From Podarcis bocagei (Eukaryota): a stretch of 64,000 nucleotides of DNA. The DNA lies in NCBI GenBank assembly GCA_964188305.1, contig OZ076889.1, one strand, 5' to 3'. This document shows positions 25,681 through 38,790 of this stretch, piece by piece. Within the stretch, counting starts at the first letter, position 1, and each line of letters opens with the position of its first letter. The notes under the pieces were generated by a model. It was not told where the DNA came from, did not search any database, and saw nothing but the letters and a program-made list of their open reading frames with translations. The position numbers and the translations under genes are program-made.

Positions 25681-28099
25681 GCCAAGGCTGGGCTCAGAGC
25701 AGCTTACAAGCAATAATAAAAACAAGTTGAATGATTACAACTTAAAAACAAAATTAAAATACAACATTAAAATGTCTCCACGATACATTGTTATTATTTT
25801 ATTGTTCTCCACCTTGGGAACTTGCTTTTTAGTTGAAAAGCAGGCTATAAATACACATGCACATACATGCATGCCTCTCAGACTAGCCTGGCTCACAGGG
25901 TTGTTAGGAGGACAAATGTGGGGCAGGGGGTAGAACTTGAGTGAAGGTTGAATATAAAGAGTGGAATTCCATGTTGCACTGTTATGATTGTTCCATAGGA
26001 TAAACATTTCTGCTTTCCAGGGAGTAATCTCTCCTCTCCTTCCCCCTCCCATGTTTCTGGGGGTTCCCCTGATCCCCCAGAGGTGATGGGGGTGGAGATG
26101 GAGTGAGGAGAAGGGGGAAAGCCCCATTGTCCTAGCAGGACTTGTTGCCCTGGCTCCTGCTAGTGCAACAATTGAGTTGAAACCAGCCCAAAATGTGTCG
26201 ACACACACACAAATTACCAGTACATACAAATGCAGCCCATCTTACGCTCTAAGGAGAGCACTGCTGGGTCACACCAATGGTCCTGTTTCCCACAGTTGCA
26301 TTTGGGAAGCCCACACAAGCACAATAGCAAGTTCCCCAGCAACTGGTATTCAGAGAAGTGTGCTGCCTCAGATCTTGGGGGTAATAGAAATCTCATGACC
26401 ATGTCTAGCAGCTAATAACTCCCCTTTTAAAACCACCCAAGTTAGTAGCCATCACTACATGTGGTGCCAGCCAATTCCTCAAATTCAGTAAGAACATTGG
26501 ATGACCCTGAGTCCTAACATTACAAAAGTGGGGAGGAGACAGGACATCCCCCTCTCTCTACTTCCTCCAACAGTGCCTTGCACTTCTTGTTCATCTATAT
26601 GAGTGTTGCATCTAAAGTACGATGTGATGTGGAAGACGTACTTTGGACAAGTCAGAGGCATTCCTGGTTTTCACAGTATAAGCATCCCTCTCAGCATGTG
26701 CTTCCTATTGTGGCAGGGGAAGATGGCTAGATGGCTTAAGGCTGTCTTGTGTTTCTCCATTTATTTATTTATTTATTTAATCATATATCAGGAAAAGCCC
26801 TTCAGCTCCTTATTGTACTTGGCTACTCTGGTCAAATGATGTTTCCGTTCTCAACCTAGCAGTTCACCAAAATACTTTCCAAGAAGACGACTACATACAC
26901 AAGCCCCTTCTCAGATCATGAGAACATCCAATGTCCCAAGTTATTATTATTATTATTTGCTTTTGATTGCTTGAATCTATCTATCACTCCTTTCCCTCAC
27001 TCTTCAGAGAGATCTTCTGTCCCATTCAGTTTGCAACTTCATCACACATCCACAGAAATAGGCTGCAGGTGGATTTCTTCCCATTGTGTGCACAAAAATT
27101 CACAAATGCAAATACTCCCAAGGCTGTTCGTCTAATAGTAGAATATTGCTTAGTCTCCATCAAATGGTTCCCAAATCCCAAATAGGTAAGGATATTTGGA
27201 ATAAATAGCCTCACCCTTCATTCCCTTCAGATCTCTTTGGCTGTCTGATCCTACTTCCAAATAACTGCTTCTGACAGCTGTAATCTAAACCATCCTGCCC
27301 TGTTTTGCTCTGGGACCCACTTTGGGTCTGCAGGGGATCATCCAAGTAAATTGCAAAGCAGAACAAAGCTAAACAATACAAATATCTGTCATCACATAGC
27401 TCAGATATCCACCTTGCCAGGAACAGCTCTCTATTGTCAGTGGAAGTAAAGGTAATATAGCAACAGACTAATATAGACTGACTAAATGCCCCAAGGCGTC
27501 ACAAAGTGCATTTAAGTCCCTGCTTCGTGGCATATTGAGAGGCCAAATGACCACTGGTCTTTATGTGGGCATTGCTGAAAATCTAGCTAGAGAGCACCAT
27601 GGCAGCAGCTGAGCAAGTTACAACAAATAACAAATAGAGTTATGGGCATCCCATAATAACTAGTGGGCTTATTAAAGTCCTCATCAGAACTTGTCTGCCC
27701 TGGAATGCATAGTTTTCTCCAATGTACACAGTGCTATATGCAATCTTGTCTAATGTACATATGTTAACACTCCACCCCAATCTCCAAGTGCTGAGAGACT
27801 CTGGGGGTTCGGGGGGTTTTCTGGGGTTCAGTTCCCTTGGAATGAAGGAGAGAGGAATGCCTGCTCCTTTTCCTAGAGAGCACCATCGCTTACCTCATTT
27901 GCTGAGATGCTGATGAGCACTCAACTGGCCAGCTAAGCCATTACCTTGGCAGAGGGGCTAGTTTGGCAGGCTACCTCTTATACATTATGCCCTCACAGAT
28001 ATAGGATTAAAGGTTTGGAAGGGGCCACAGGTTTCCAGCCGGACTGACCCCCTGGAAAAATCATAACAATAGTTTTATAAGCACCCCACCCTAATACGA

Positions 28100-28290
28100 T
28101 GCATTTTGCATGTTATGTTCACCCATACATGCATTTCTGCACACATTATTGGTTGGAGACCTGCATCACAAAATTCGGGAATGTGTGAATTTCGAAGGGC
28201 AGCTGTGTGTTCACTTTGTGTATTGTTTCAGGAAGTGCAAACTGGGTAGATTGGCTTTTAAATGTGCACAGAATCTAATTCCTCCCCCAT
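28100..28290 (-). repeat. Old interspersed repeat, related (inverted) to ~49900-50150
   Basis: Shared motifs in opposite orientation: AAAATTCGGGAATGTGTGAATTTCGAAGGG vs CTTTTGAAATTCGCACTTCTCCAAATTTTG. Confidence 0.5.
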
Positions 28291-28914
28291 GGTTAGTGGA
28301 GGATCCAAATGGGCTCATCTTCTGAGCACACACAGCCCCAATGAAGACAAGCATTTGGAAGTTTAGTTCTTTACTGGCAAAGCACTCAATTACATCAGTT
28401 CCTAAGGTGCAAGGGATAGAAGCAGCAATCCTGCTAATTGCCTAGCTAGGCACCTCCTTTTTCAGACTTGTGCTCCAACCCAGATAGTTGCAGCAACAGC
28501 CCAACCACATTTAACGCCCCCCCCCCTCGTCTGACATAGTGAGAGTAAGCAACTTGTGATTTCTCCTACACGGCAGCTCTAGCTGCTACCATCACTTTAA
28601 GCCCCTCCATGTCACTGAAGAGTGGGGAAGGGGACAGAGGTGATTCTAATCACCCAACTCTCTCTAGGACTGTCTCTTCCACCTCTGCACCTTCCTGTAA
28701 CTCTCCCCCACCTCCTCTTCTGCAATCTCTGACCACCCACACTTGTCCTCTTTCCCCTGCCTGATGGGTGGCTCAGAAGCCCACAAATCATTGGCCCCTT
28801 CCACTGGATCATCCTCTTGCCCCTTTACCTCCTCTGCCCACACTTCTGACTCCTGCCTGACCCTGACATCTCACTCACTTAATAGAGATTGACCAAAACT
28901 ATATCATTATCGTT

Positions 28915-29860
28915 ATTAAAATTTGCATACTGCCCTTCATCCAAAAATCCCAAGAAAGTTCACAACAGAAAAATACAAAATGAGAATACAGCATGCATAA
29001 TAAAACAAAAACAAACCCAGAACCGTCTTTCCCTTAGGACTTAGTGGTGCGTCGCGCCAGGGCGCCGGCCTCTCAGGGGCGCCCAGTGAGTGGGGGAGCT
29101 GCGAAGCTTTGCTGGCAGCCTCTCCTTTCCCTGCACGCCCGCCAGCTGTGCCCCACCAACCATAAGGCTGGCAGGCGTGCAGCTTCCCTCCCAAGCCTCT
29201 TCAGGAGGAAAGCGATCCCCACAGAGACTTAGGATGGAAGCTGCATACCTGCCAGCCATATGGTTGGCGGGGCGCAACTTCCCTCCGAAGCCTCTGCGGG
29301 GATTGCTCTCCTGCAGCGGCATGGGGGAGAGTTGCACCCCCCAATGGTTGGCAGTGCACAGCTTTGCTCCCCCCCATACGTGGTAATTTGAGGGTGCTGG
29401 GCGTATATTTGCACCCCAGCACCACATCTGCTAAAGACAGCCCTGAACAAACCCTCTCCAAAAAAAAATCCATAGAATGTTAATCAGCTGAACACCTGGC
29501 TCAAGAGAAACAGTTTTGCCTGGCGCTTAAATATATGTAATGAAGGCACCAGCCGAGCCTTCCTGGAAAGAGCACCCACAAATGGGGAGCCACCACAGAA
29601 AAGGCCCATTGAATTCTACACCAGCTGAAGTTTCCAAACTGTCTTCAGAGACAGGCTTGCATATAACGCATTGCAGTAATCTAACCTAGGGGTTACCAGA
29701 GCATAGACAACAGTAGTTAGGCTATCCCTGCTCAGATAGGGGTGTAGCTGGGCCACCAGCCAAAGCTGATGGAAGGCATTCTGAGCCACTGAGGCCACCT
29801 GAGCCTCAAGTGACAGCAATGGATCCAGAATACCTCTTAACTGCATACTTGCTCCTACAA
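28915..29860 (-). mobile_element. L2 LINE 3' fragment interrupted by a hAT element
   Basis: LDPLLSLEAQVASVAQNAFHQLWLVAQLHPYLSRDSLTTVVYALVTPRLDYCNALY is a typical L2 ORF2 C-terminal region. Confidence 0.8.
29018..29445. mobile_element. Non-autonomous hAT element with GC-rich fold-back interior
   Basis: Imperfect TIR CAGAACCGTCTTT / AAAGACAGCCCTG; perfect 8-bp TSD AACAAACC at 29010-29017 and 29446-29453. Confidence 0.85.
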
Positions 29861-31043
29861 GATTTTATTTACATTCAAGCAATATTATAGAATTGTAGAG
29901 TAGGAACGAATGCCAAGGGTAATCTAATCCAAGCCTGTGCAATGTAGGAATCTGAACACAAGTCCCCCAACCAATTTGAAACCATACCAGACCCTGCTTA
30001 GCTTTGCAAATGTGCTAGCAGTTTTATTGCTGCACCACTAGGATTCATACGAATAACAAAGACAAATAGGTGGTTAGGCACATAGATGGCATCATATATG
30101 GAAAGGCAGGGGAAGGAGTTGGGAGTTTTATGGACACAAAAATTAGGTTCTGAATTGCTCCTCTATCAGTCAGTTCCTCCCTACTATACACTAGAGAGCT
30201 AGGTGGTGGTGGTTTTAAAAATCAATCTCTTGTTGCCGACTCTTCCGGCTCAAACTCTCCTAAATTACCAGCATGTTAATCATTGATGAACGTGGCGCCA
30301 TCTGCTGGGAACTTTGATTCATTGATGCTACAAAAGTTCTGGAACAGAATTGTCAAAGACATATTCAAAACATCATGGAGCTCAAGGATGGTTCTACTGG
30401 GAATTCCAAAATTAGATACTAACTTTTACACGCGCACCCCACACAACTGCTTTGCAGTGGCTAGAACTCAAAATGCACTTAAATGGAAAAGCAATAGTCT
30501 GCCTTCACCTTCAGGTAGGTATAGAAAGCATCAGGAATATTTACTAGGAGTAATATATCGACTGAGCTAAAAGTGATACCCAGTCGTAAATGTAATCACA
30601 CTTTCATGTCCTTTCATGCAATTGACATGCAATTAAAAATATCTCAAAACAGGAGTGCCCCACCAGATTTGAGACGGCAGGCCAGGTTGGGTAGGGAGAG
30701 TCCCCGGATGGTGCTGTTCATGCATTGAGGGCTGCATCACCTCATTCAGGGGCTGATAGCATCGCTTCCCTGCCCCAAGCCCAGTAGATGTGTCCTTTCA
30801 GTCAGGGCACACCAGCCTTTCTGAAGGAGCCCAGATAAGGGCCACCGTAGCAGCTCTCAGAGGTGGGTGGGGAGTAGATGGCCTTTTCTCCCTGATGGCC
30901 TGGGCTTCCTAGGACACAAACACATGGCTGACAAGATTGTGCTGTGTGTTATTCTGCCCAGTCCCAACAGCTAATGGGGGGGGGACAGGAGGTAGGTACA
31001 GATCAATAGGGAGAGGGCAGAACAGAGAAGGAGCAGCTTTGTG

Positions 31044-31212
31044 CAGTGGCGTAGCGTGGGGGGTGCAGGGGGGGCTGGCCGCACCGGGCGCAACATCTGG
31101 GGGTTAGGGTTAGGGGGCGCAAATCCACGGGTTAGGGGGCGCAAATCCACGGGTTAGGGGGCGCAAATTACTTGCCTTGCCCCGGGTGCTGACAACCCAC
31201 GCTACGCCACTG
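31044..31212. mobile_element. hAT MITE with TTAGGG-containing subterminal repeats (short form)
   Basis: Perfect 17-bp TIR CAGTGGCGTAGCGTGGG; 8-bp TSD GCTTTGTG at 31036-31043 and 31213-31220. Confidence 0.95.
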
Positions 31213-34119
31213 GCTTTGTGGGTTCATTTCTTTGTACCCAGTGAATGGAACAGTCTGCCTTTCCAAGTCAGCCTAAAAGTGGGCTTGGAGGTAGAAGGGG
31301 CTTCCCTTCTTATAACAAGCTTGATGCATGGAGGCCATTTTCTCCCCCCTCCGCTCCCCTCCCTCCACACCTTAATGGAGCATGAATCACCTAGCTTGCG
31401 AGGAATCACTCCTCTGTGCAAGCCATTTGCAGGTGGTGAGAAGAAAATGGGGGGGCGCAGCCATTAAATACAGATGAAAATGGAGAGACATCTGCCCAAA
31501 AAGAACATAAAAGAGGAAAAAATGAGCTCCTTGAGGCCCTTTGACTCCGTTCTTCCCCCTCTGAGAGAATGAAAGCTTCAAGTACTTTGGAGGAGGCAGC
31601 CTGGAAGGGGAAAAAATGAGTTAGCTGTTTCAGAGTTGGTGCGCAAAAACCTCTTGCTAGTTACAGGCCAAGGGTTCCTTGCCTGTGAGGGGTGGACTTG
31701 CCACAGGCAGTCTGGGGCACCTACCACAGCGTGGATTGAGTGGATCTGAAAGGAACTGCCTATTTTGCTTGGGGCAAATGGGTCTGGTGAACGCTTTGGC
31801 CCAAACAGGAAGCAGCCATTTAGAGCACACAGGGTAGACACTGGTCAACACATAGAGGTCTGCTCTGCATTGCCCCTGTGATAGTGGGAGGTGCGCACTC
31901 TGAAAACATCGGACACATCCCCATCATACCTTTGAAGTGCTTGGCTTCTGCCCAAGAACCCTGGGAAATGCAGCTTATTCCCAGTACTAATATGGCATAC
32001 TATATTTCCCAGCATTCTTTGGGGGGAAGATGTGTGCTTTGATGTGGTTGTGACCATACATCCCAGTTTTGTAGTTACTTCCACTACCTCAAGATCTCCC
32101 TAGTTTTGAAGCTAGAGGTATTTTGACGTTGCTGGGTACTTAAGTTCAAGGAAGTGATCTTCCTCAAATAATTCCTCTTCGCCACCAGCTGGAGTCTAGA
32201 TCTGTTACTTCCATGGTCCTCACTTTCCAAATGTGTGCCATGGTGCCCAAGGCCATCAACTTCAGCCTTCTGATTTTAAGAATTTTCTTTCACTAAACAA
32301 GAGAAAGAAATAGGCTCATATTATAGTTGGTTCTTTTTTCAGCACCTGAGTGATGGACAGCATTCTTCTAACAGGCATGGGTATCAGTTCCAGAGAGAAA
32401 TAGGCAAAAGGAGAGAGAAAGAAATGCTCTTCCCAAACTCTCTTTTCAAGCTGAGTTCTCAGAGCATGGGCAAAAGGGGTTCACTCAATCTAGCATGTAA
32501 GCAGGAAACAGTACTTAGCACTTGGCTAGGCTGGGGAAATCTCTGGAAAAGCTGTAAAGCTGTGGCTTCTCCCTTCTCTCTTGCCAGACAGGAGGAAAGA
32601 CATGTCTGTCTCTTCAAGCAACAGCAACATGCAAAAGTTCATGTGTTGTGGATAAAGAGAAGCTTCCTTGCCATGGAAAGAATTGGCCTTGACAAATGAG
32701 TTTCCAGTGTTGTTTTTTTCTTTTGTTTTTAAGGAGGAAAGAGGTTAGGGTTCACTCTGTGATAGCTGCTTGTTTGAAAGTCAAAGAAACACATGCAGAA
32801 AATATATTTTTGGCTGCAATAGTTATATCAAGTGTTTTGGCATTCTCTAGTGTTCCTGTTCTTCTTTGGCTCTCTTCATTGGGTGAATTTTCCTCAAATT
32901 AGTGGGGAAGCTGTGTTTTTTAAAAAAAAAAAAAAATTAAATTTAAAAAACCTACACTCTGCAAAAAAAGTGTTATCTATAACACTGGAACCACTTAAGA
33001 ATCAGATTGTTCCCCCTCCACAAAAAAATTAATGTTGGGAATCTGAGGTGAGATACCCAGGCAGCAGAAGTTCTAGTCACCACACGGAGGTAGCTTAAGG
33101 TCCAACAAGTTTACTGTTGCAGGAAATAAAAGCTTCAGCAATAAAGTTCCAGACTTTGATATATACATACAGCTTGTAGCCTTTGCTGATACAGATATAT
33201 ACAAAGCACAAAGTATTTCTGTTCCAGCAATTCCAAGACATAACACAGACTTTGGTTCACTTCACAAAACTCAGTGACTGACTGATGAGCTGACATGATT
33301 CATTCACTTATATAGATGGCACTGGGCTGTTGCCATAGCTACTGGCTCAGCTCCCCCTGCCCCTGTTGCCTTATCTCATACATGGATTCATTTGTGCCCA
33401 TGAGAAAAATTAACCTCCATGTCATGTTCTACAAAACATCAGGGCAGTATGTTGAAATGTCTTATCCCTGGGCCCATATTCAACAAAACTTCTTTTGTAG
33501 TTCCTTAAAATAAAGAGAATAGAAGTCCAGCTATGCACAACTTCACTTGCATAAGGCACTGTTAGCAAACGTTCAGGAATTCTAGCTTTTTACTGTAATA
33601 AACTCCCCTGCGGTTTGATTTCAATGCAAAATCCAATTCCTCTGGGGAGGACAGAGGCAGGACAGAGGAATGGGGGAAGCATGAAGATTAGTTCTGGAAG
33701 AACGGGGGATGAGACTGACACAAGAGTGCTGACCCATATAAGAAATTTGAAGGGAACTAGGAAATTGGAGCTGACTCAAAGGGGCTTGCAAAAAAGGAGG
33801 CAATGGGAGGCATGGGAATGGGGTGGAAGATGAAAGCAGGGCCACGAAAGGGCTTGAAGAATGGGAAGGGGTGGTGAGGGTGTTTAGTTATTTTGCAATG
33901 TGTGAGGGGAGGAAAATTTGGGTTATCATGGGAAGGAGTTGTGTGCAAGGGGAGTTGCACAAAAGGAGAGGAGGAGGCATGGATGTGAAGGTGAGAACAG
34001 GAGGGCAAAGCAGGGCTGCAGAATAGCAGAGAGAAGTAACTTCAGAAAGGGAGTTGGGAAGGTGAAAAGTGATTTTATTGCTTTGAATACCAGCCCTCCC
34101 CCCCAAAAAATATTAGGAG

Positions 34120-34154
34120 GTGGTCTCTTCCAACTCTATGATTCTATGATTCTA
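34120..34154 (+). mobile_element. Extremely truncated CR1 3' tail
   Basis: GTGGTCTCTTCCAACTCTATGATTCTATGATTCTA, identical to the end of CR1 copy 1. Confidence 0.8.
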
Positions 34155-34269
34155 ACCTGCTCCAGTATTTAGTTATCCAAAACCCATTTATGCTGGGAAA
34201 ACTTCTTTTCAAAAACTAAAATCTTTGATTTCCCGTAATCGATTTTTAGACAACTGTGCTTGACCCAGG

Positions 34270-34410
34270 TCTAGAGTGGAATAAATAACTGCATCATCAG
34301 CATACACTAGAATGCAGATTTTTTGATCTCCTAGTTTTGAAATGTGCCCTTCTGGGTCATTGAAGACATTTTCAAGATCATTTAGAAACAGACTGAACAA
34401 AGCAGGAGGA
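34270..34410 (-). mobile_element. Non-LTR RT fragment
   Basis: LFSLFLNDL...ICILVYADDAVI (YADD motif). Confidence 0.75.
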
Positions 34411-34619
34411 AATAGATTGAGAACATGGCACTGGGGGAGACAGATTATCTACTCCTCTTGATATTTCTTCAACTTGAAGATCCACACACACACCTACCTG
34501 ATTTTAGTCCTGGAGTGGAGAAAATACTGTATTAGTGAGATCATCTAAGAACCCACTCAGAATTTATTTCTGTCCTGGGAATATACTCTCCAGTTAGTTA
34601 GGTAGACAGTATCACTCCA

Positions 34620-34821
34620 TCTTAAAAAGCAGAGACATCACCTTGCCAACAAAGGTCCGTATAGTTAAAGCCATGGTTTTCCCAGTAGTGATGTATGGAA
34701 GTGAGAGCTGGACCATAAAGAAGCTGACCAAACTGCGGGAGGCAGTGGAAGACAGAAGTGCCTGGCGTGCTGTGGTCCATGGGGTCACGAAGAGTCGGAC
34801 ACGCCTAAACGACTAAACAAC
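34620..34821 (+). mobile_element. Internally deleted Bov-B fragment
   Basis: Bov-B RT segment joined to the 3' terminus; TSD ATCACTCCA at 34611-34619 and 34822-34830. Confidence 0.88.
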
Positions 34822-35424
34822 ATCACTCCAGAAACAGTGGCATTCCTAACTTCTGGCCACTAGATGGTAGCATACAGCAAGACTGGAGGTAAAGCTCCCA
34901 AAACAACACACTATTGTAAGGCTTTAGAAACCTGATTGTGCCATCTCACACTAGGCAGTGGCAGTGATATTAACAATATTATGCACTGTTGAACAGCCTC
35001 TACTACTAGCTTAAGCGCACACATAATAAGGAAGTAGGATACCTTGTGTTCTAAGTTTGAGGACTGCAAGGACAAGAACATGCAGACAGTGTTGCCCTGT
35101 CTGACGCTAAAATTTGGCTTGCTCTCCCGCCTCTCACGCTCCATTCTATAGCATTGTTATAGTGTTCCCTGCAGCGTGGAGCCTAGTGCAGCCAAACCGG
35201 TCATGCTACCCTAAAATCACCTCTGATGTAGATTAACAACGAGAGGGTCCCTGCAGACATCATTTTCACTGTGCATTCACGATAATTTGTATTTATAGTG
35301 GACTCCAACAACTCGGCCCCATCTAGCATTGCCAATGGTGAAGGAACCGATCCTGATTCTCGGTTCAAGGAAAAAATCGGCATGAAAGGAGAATTTCTAG
35401 ATGCCAAGATCCACGTTTGAGGCA

Positions 35425-36420
35425 AGTACACTTCTGAAGTTTGCATACTGGATGTGCTTCCTTTGGTTTGATAAAACCTTTGGGCTGTTCCATATAAATC
35501 TCTTTTGAGATCCGTCCATGAAAAAATGTGGTTTTAATATCCATTTGTTTGGAAACTGCTATGCTCAAAAGCAGCCTAATGGTGGTGTAACGGCAAAAGT
35601 TTCATTGTAGTCTTCCCTATATGTACTTTTGTGCGTAACCGTTTGGCACAAGTCTTGCTTTGTAGCACCCAGTTTCCTCTTCTGCACGCTGCTTTACCTT
35701 GAACACCCACTGGCTTCCAACTGCCTGCCTGCCAGGGGGCAGCTTGGGGAGGGTACTGGTCTGCTTCTGATGCAGTGCATCAGTCCCTTCCTGTGCTGCA
35801 TCCCTCTTGCAGGCAAGTCTCAGCAGCTGGCATCTGCCCAATCTCTTCCCAAGTGGAAGGTTCTCGGGATTGCACTGACTTTGTGAGGTGGGGCAATTGT
35901 GGGGCTGGAGCACCTTTGCTGAGCATCTGATGCCTCACTCTGGAGTATCATCAGTCTCTTAATCACTCTCCAATGCAAGCATCTCATCATCAGTCTGCTC
36001 CCCTCTGGCTCTGCTGCTTCTTGGAATCTGCTCTTCTGCTTCTCCTTCCTGTTCAGCTTCTGTGCTAGGTGGTGTGACAGTAGATCTGGATTGTTATACA
36101 TCAATTCAGGAAAGTTCACGAGGGCTAGTGTTTCCTCCTCTGAGTCATCAGAAAAGCCTATCGCAGTTCCTCTCTTGTTAGCTTTCCTGTGTTCATCAAA
36201 ATTAACCACACGTCTTGTGCTGACTTTCCCCGTCTTCAAGTTCATCACCTTGTACCCGTTGCTCCCGGGAGCATAGCCAGACATAAGTCTCTTCTGCTAT
36301 GGAATCTAATTTGTGATGACTCCCCTTGGGTACATGTAACATGCCAAGCACACACACATGACACACGTTAGGTACTTTTCCATGTCAAAGTTTAAAAAGT
36401 TTATGTGTGGTTCCCTTGCT
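35425..36420 (-). mobile_element. Decayed Ty1/copia pol fragment (post-integrase region to RT)
   Basis: GYAPGSNGYKV...RRVVNFDE; LPPGRQAVGSQWVFKVK...YKARLV; QMDIKTTFFHG...EIYMEQPKGF; frameshifted, in integrase-then-RT order. Confidence 0.88.
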
Positions 36421-36441
36421 TGGCAGTCTATTTTGTAGATA

Positions 36442-36667
36442 CAGTGGTATCTAGGGTTACATATGCTTCAGGTTACAGCCTCTGCTAACCCAGAAATATT
36501 ACCTTGGGTTAAGAACTTAGCTTCAGGATGAGAACAGAAATCGTGCAGCAGCGGTGCAGCGGCAGCGGGAGGCCCCATTAGCTACAGTGGTGCTTCAGGT
36601 GAAGAACAGTTTCAGGTTAAGAACAGACCTCCGGAACGAATTAAGTACTTAACCTGAGGTACCACTG
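36442..36667 (+). mobile_element. Tigger-like MITE, family A copy 2
   Basis: TIRs and TA TSDs; similar to 21774. Confidence 0.92.
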
Positions 36668-38548
36668 TATATTGCAGTGGCTGCTGTATCTCCCCACATG
36701 CTTTTGGGAGGGTCAGAATCGCACAACATGCTCCTAGCTGTTTCCAGAAGAGGAATTTCAGGTGGTGCAAGATAAGCCCATGTTGGTTCAAGGAAAAATA
36801 GGTATAAAAAGGATAATTCCTGAATGGCATGATCCAAGTACATTTTGGTGAGAGAACCCCAGAAGAGACTTAAAATCATAAAATTTGCAGCCAAGTAAAG
36901 TGTGGAAATATAGCCTGTTAGACCTTTAAAATATTTCTTTTGCATTCCAAAACCTCCCCCTTCTCCCAGCATACTTTTGTTAAGTGAAAAATTGGTTTAT
37001 GTAGAAACTCTCCAAAGGTTAGGTTCATGTGCTGTTCCATACATCGGTCAGAAAAGTCACAGTCAGTAAAACATAGTTTAGTTCCAAAGTGGTGAAAGTT
37101 CCTAAATTATTGGTACAGGAACACAAGAGTGGTTGGCAAGAGCCATGCGGTCAGAGCTGGAGCAACCAGCTCAAAACCTCTTCACACATTGAGCGTCTCA
37201 TGGAGACGGGGGAGGGGTGAACAATTGCCTTGACTTCCTATATCCTTCCAGGGTAGGGACATAAGAAAGTGGACATAAGTAAGCCTGGCAGGACAACTTA
37301 GCATATAGTATTAACCTGTTCAGACTTAATCATGTTGGTTATGTGAGGCTGGTTCTCTGACACTACTCTCTGTCTCCCTGATTTCTAATTATAAACCACA
37401 CCTCCAAAGTGAAGATGCAGAAGGTGTTTCATGCACTGCTCAGGGTTGTCATGGAAACCCAGATATTCACACAGGTCCTAGACACAAAAGCGTCTTTTGC
37501 AGGAACATTGGGAGAAACTCCCAGTTACTAGGAATCCAGATTGCACAGTGGAATGTCCATTGGGAAAATATCACTACTGACTTTTTAAAAATGTAACTCA
37601 TGCCTTGGAGGGAGGGAGAGAGAGAGAGAGAGAGAGAGAGATACAGATAACACAGATAACACAGATAACACTGACAATATTTAACCCAAGGGAGTGGGGC
37701 TTACGGCCCGTGCGCGCACACACACACAGAGGTGTGGCAATGAAATGACAAATTAATGGTCATTTCCTTGTGGCCTGTAAGGAAGAAATTTACAGCAGAA
37801 TTGTTAACTGGTGTGCTAAATGCTAGTGATCTATCTGAAACCATCTATCTCCTATAAAACAAAAAGAAATACTTTATATGCATAAGGGAGTTAAATTTGC
37901 AGCAGTTGCACAGAAGCCAAAAAGGAAGTGTGTTGAAATATCTGTTATAAATTGCCAGCACGCCCATTTGCATCATTTTATTTATGTCTGCCGTTTGGCT
38001 GGAAGGAGTTACATAGTAGCTTCTGCTTTTATCGTTATTGTCTTGTTTTAATCTTGCGTACGCATGATACTCCAGTGACCTTGCTGATTAAAAGCTATAA
38101 ATCTGATTTGTAATTCATTGCCATAACACACACATTTGAGCATCCATAAATTCAAAATAAACATGCTGTAACAACAAACAGGCAACAAAGCAAATTCAAT
38201 CACCTCTCGCAGGACAGGCATTTCTCTTAGACTTATGAATTTCATGAGCATGGCTCTTTGTTGGGTGAGTTGCACCCTGAATGAGGATAGATCCAGGCAC
38301 CAGGAGCGGCACCATTTTATTTTGGACTTTCTTTATTTGGGTGTGTCCCCCCCCTTAAAAAACGCAAAAGATGAGGAATTATAAGGTGGGGTTGTGGAAG
38401 GAACAGAACGTTTTTTCATAAGGGGTGGGAATGTACTGTTGTGGGTACATTCTGGGATTGTGTTGTGGAAGAATATAAAAATAATGAACCAAAGTAGTAC
38501 TAAAGACCCACAATTACTGCTTTTTTGGTCATAGTTGCTCAACAAATA

Positions 38549-38790
38549 CAGTGGTACCTCAGGTTACATACGCTTCAGGCTACATACGCTTCAGGTTACA
38601 GACTCCGCTAACCCAGAAATAGTGCTTCAGGTTAAGAACTTTGCTTCAGGATGAGAACAGAAATCGTGCTCCAGCGGCACAGCGGCAGCAGGAGGCCCCA
38701 TTAGCTAAAGTGGTGCTTCAGGTTAAGAACAGTTTCAGGTTAAGTACGGACCTCCGGAACGAATTAAGTACTTAACCCGAGGTACCACTG
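38549..38790 (+). mobile_element. Tigger-like MITE, family A copy 3
   Basis: TIRs and TA TSDs. Confidence 0.93.

Noticed and set aside
25384-25933. ORFs spanning the N-run
   Set aside because: Artefacts of the assembly gap.
31099-31168. Chromosome-fusion interstitial telomere or CRISPR-like array
   Set aside because: Only a few TTAGGG units, enclosed by TIRs and an 8-bp TSD; repeats are tandem with no unique spacers; the DNA is eukaryotic.
38292-38313. REST/NRSE-like motif TCCAGGCACCAGGAGCGGCACC
   Set aside because: Too many deviations from the consensus to support.
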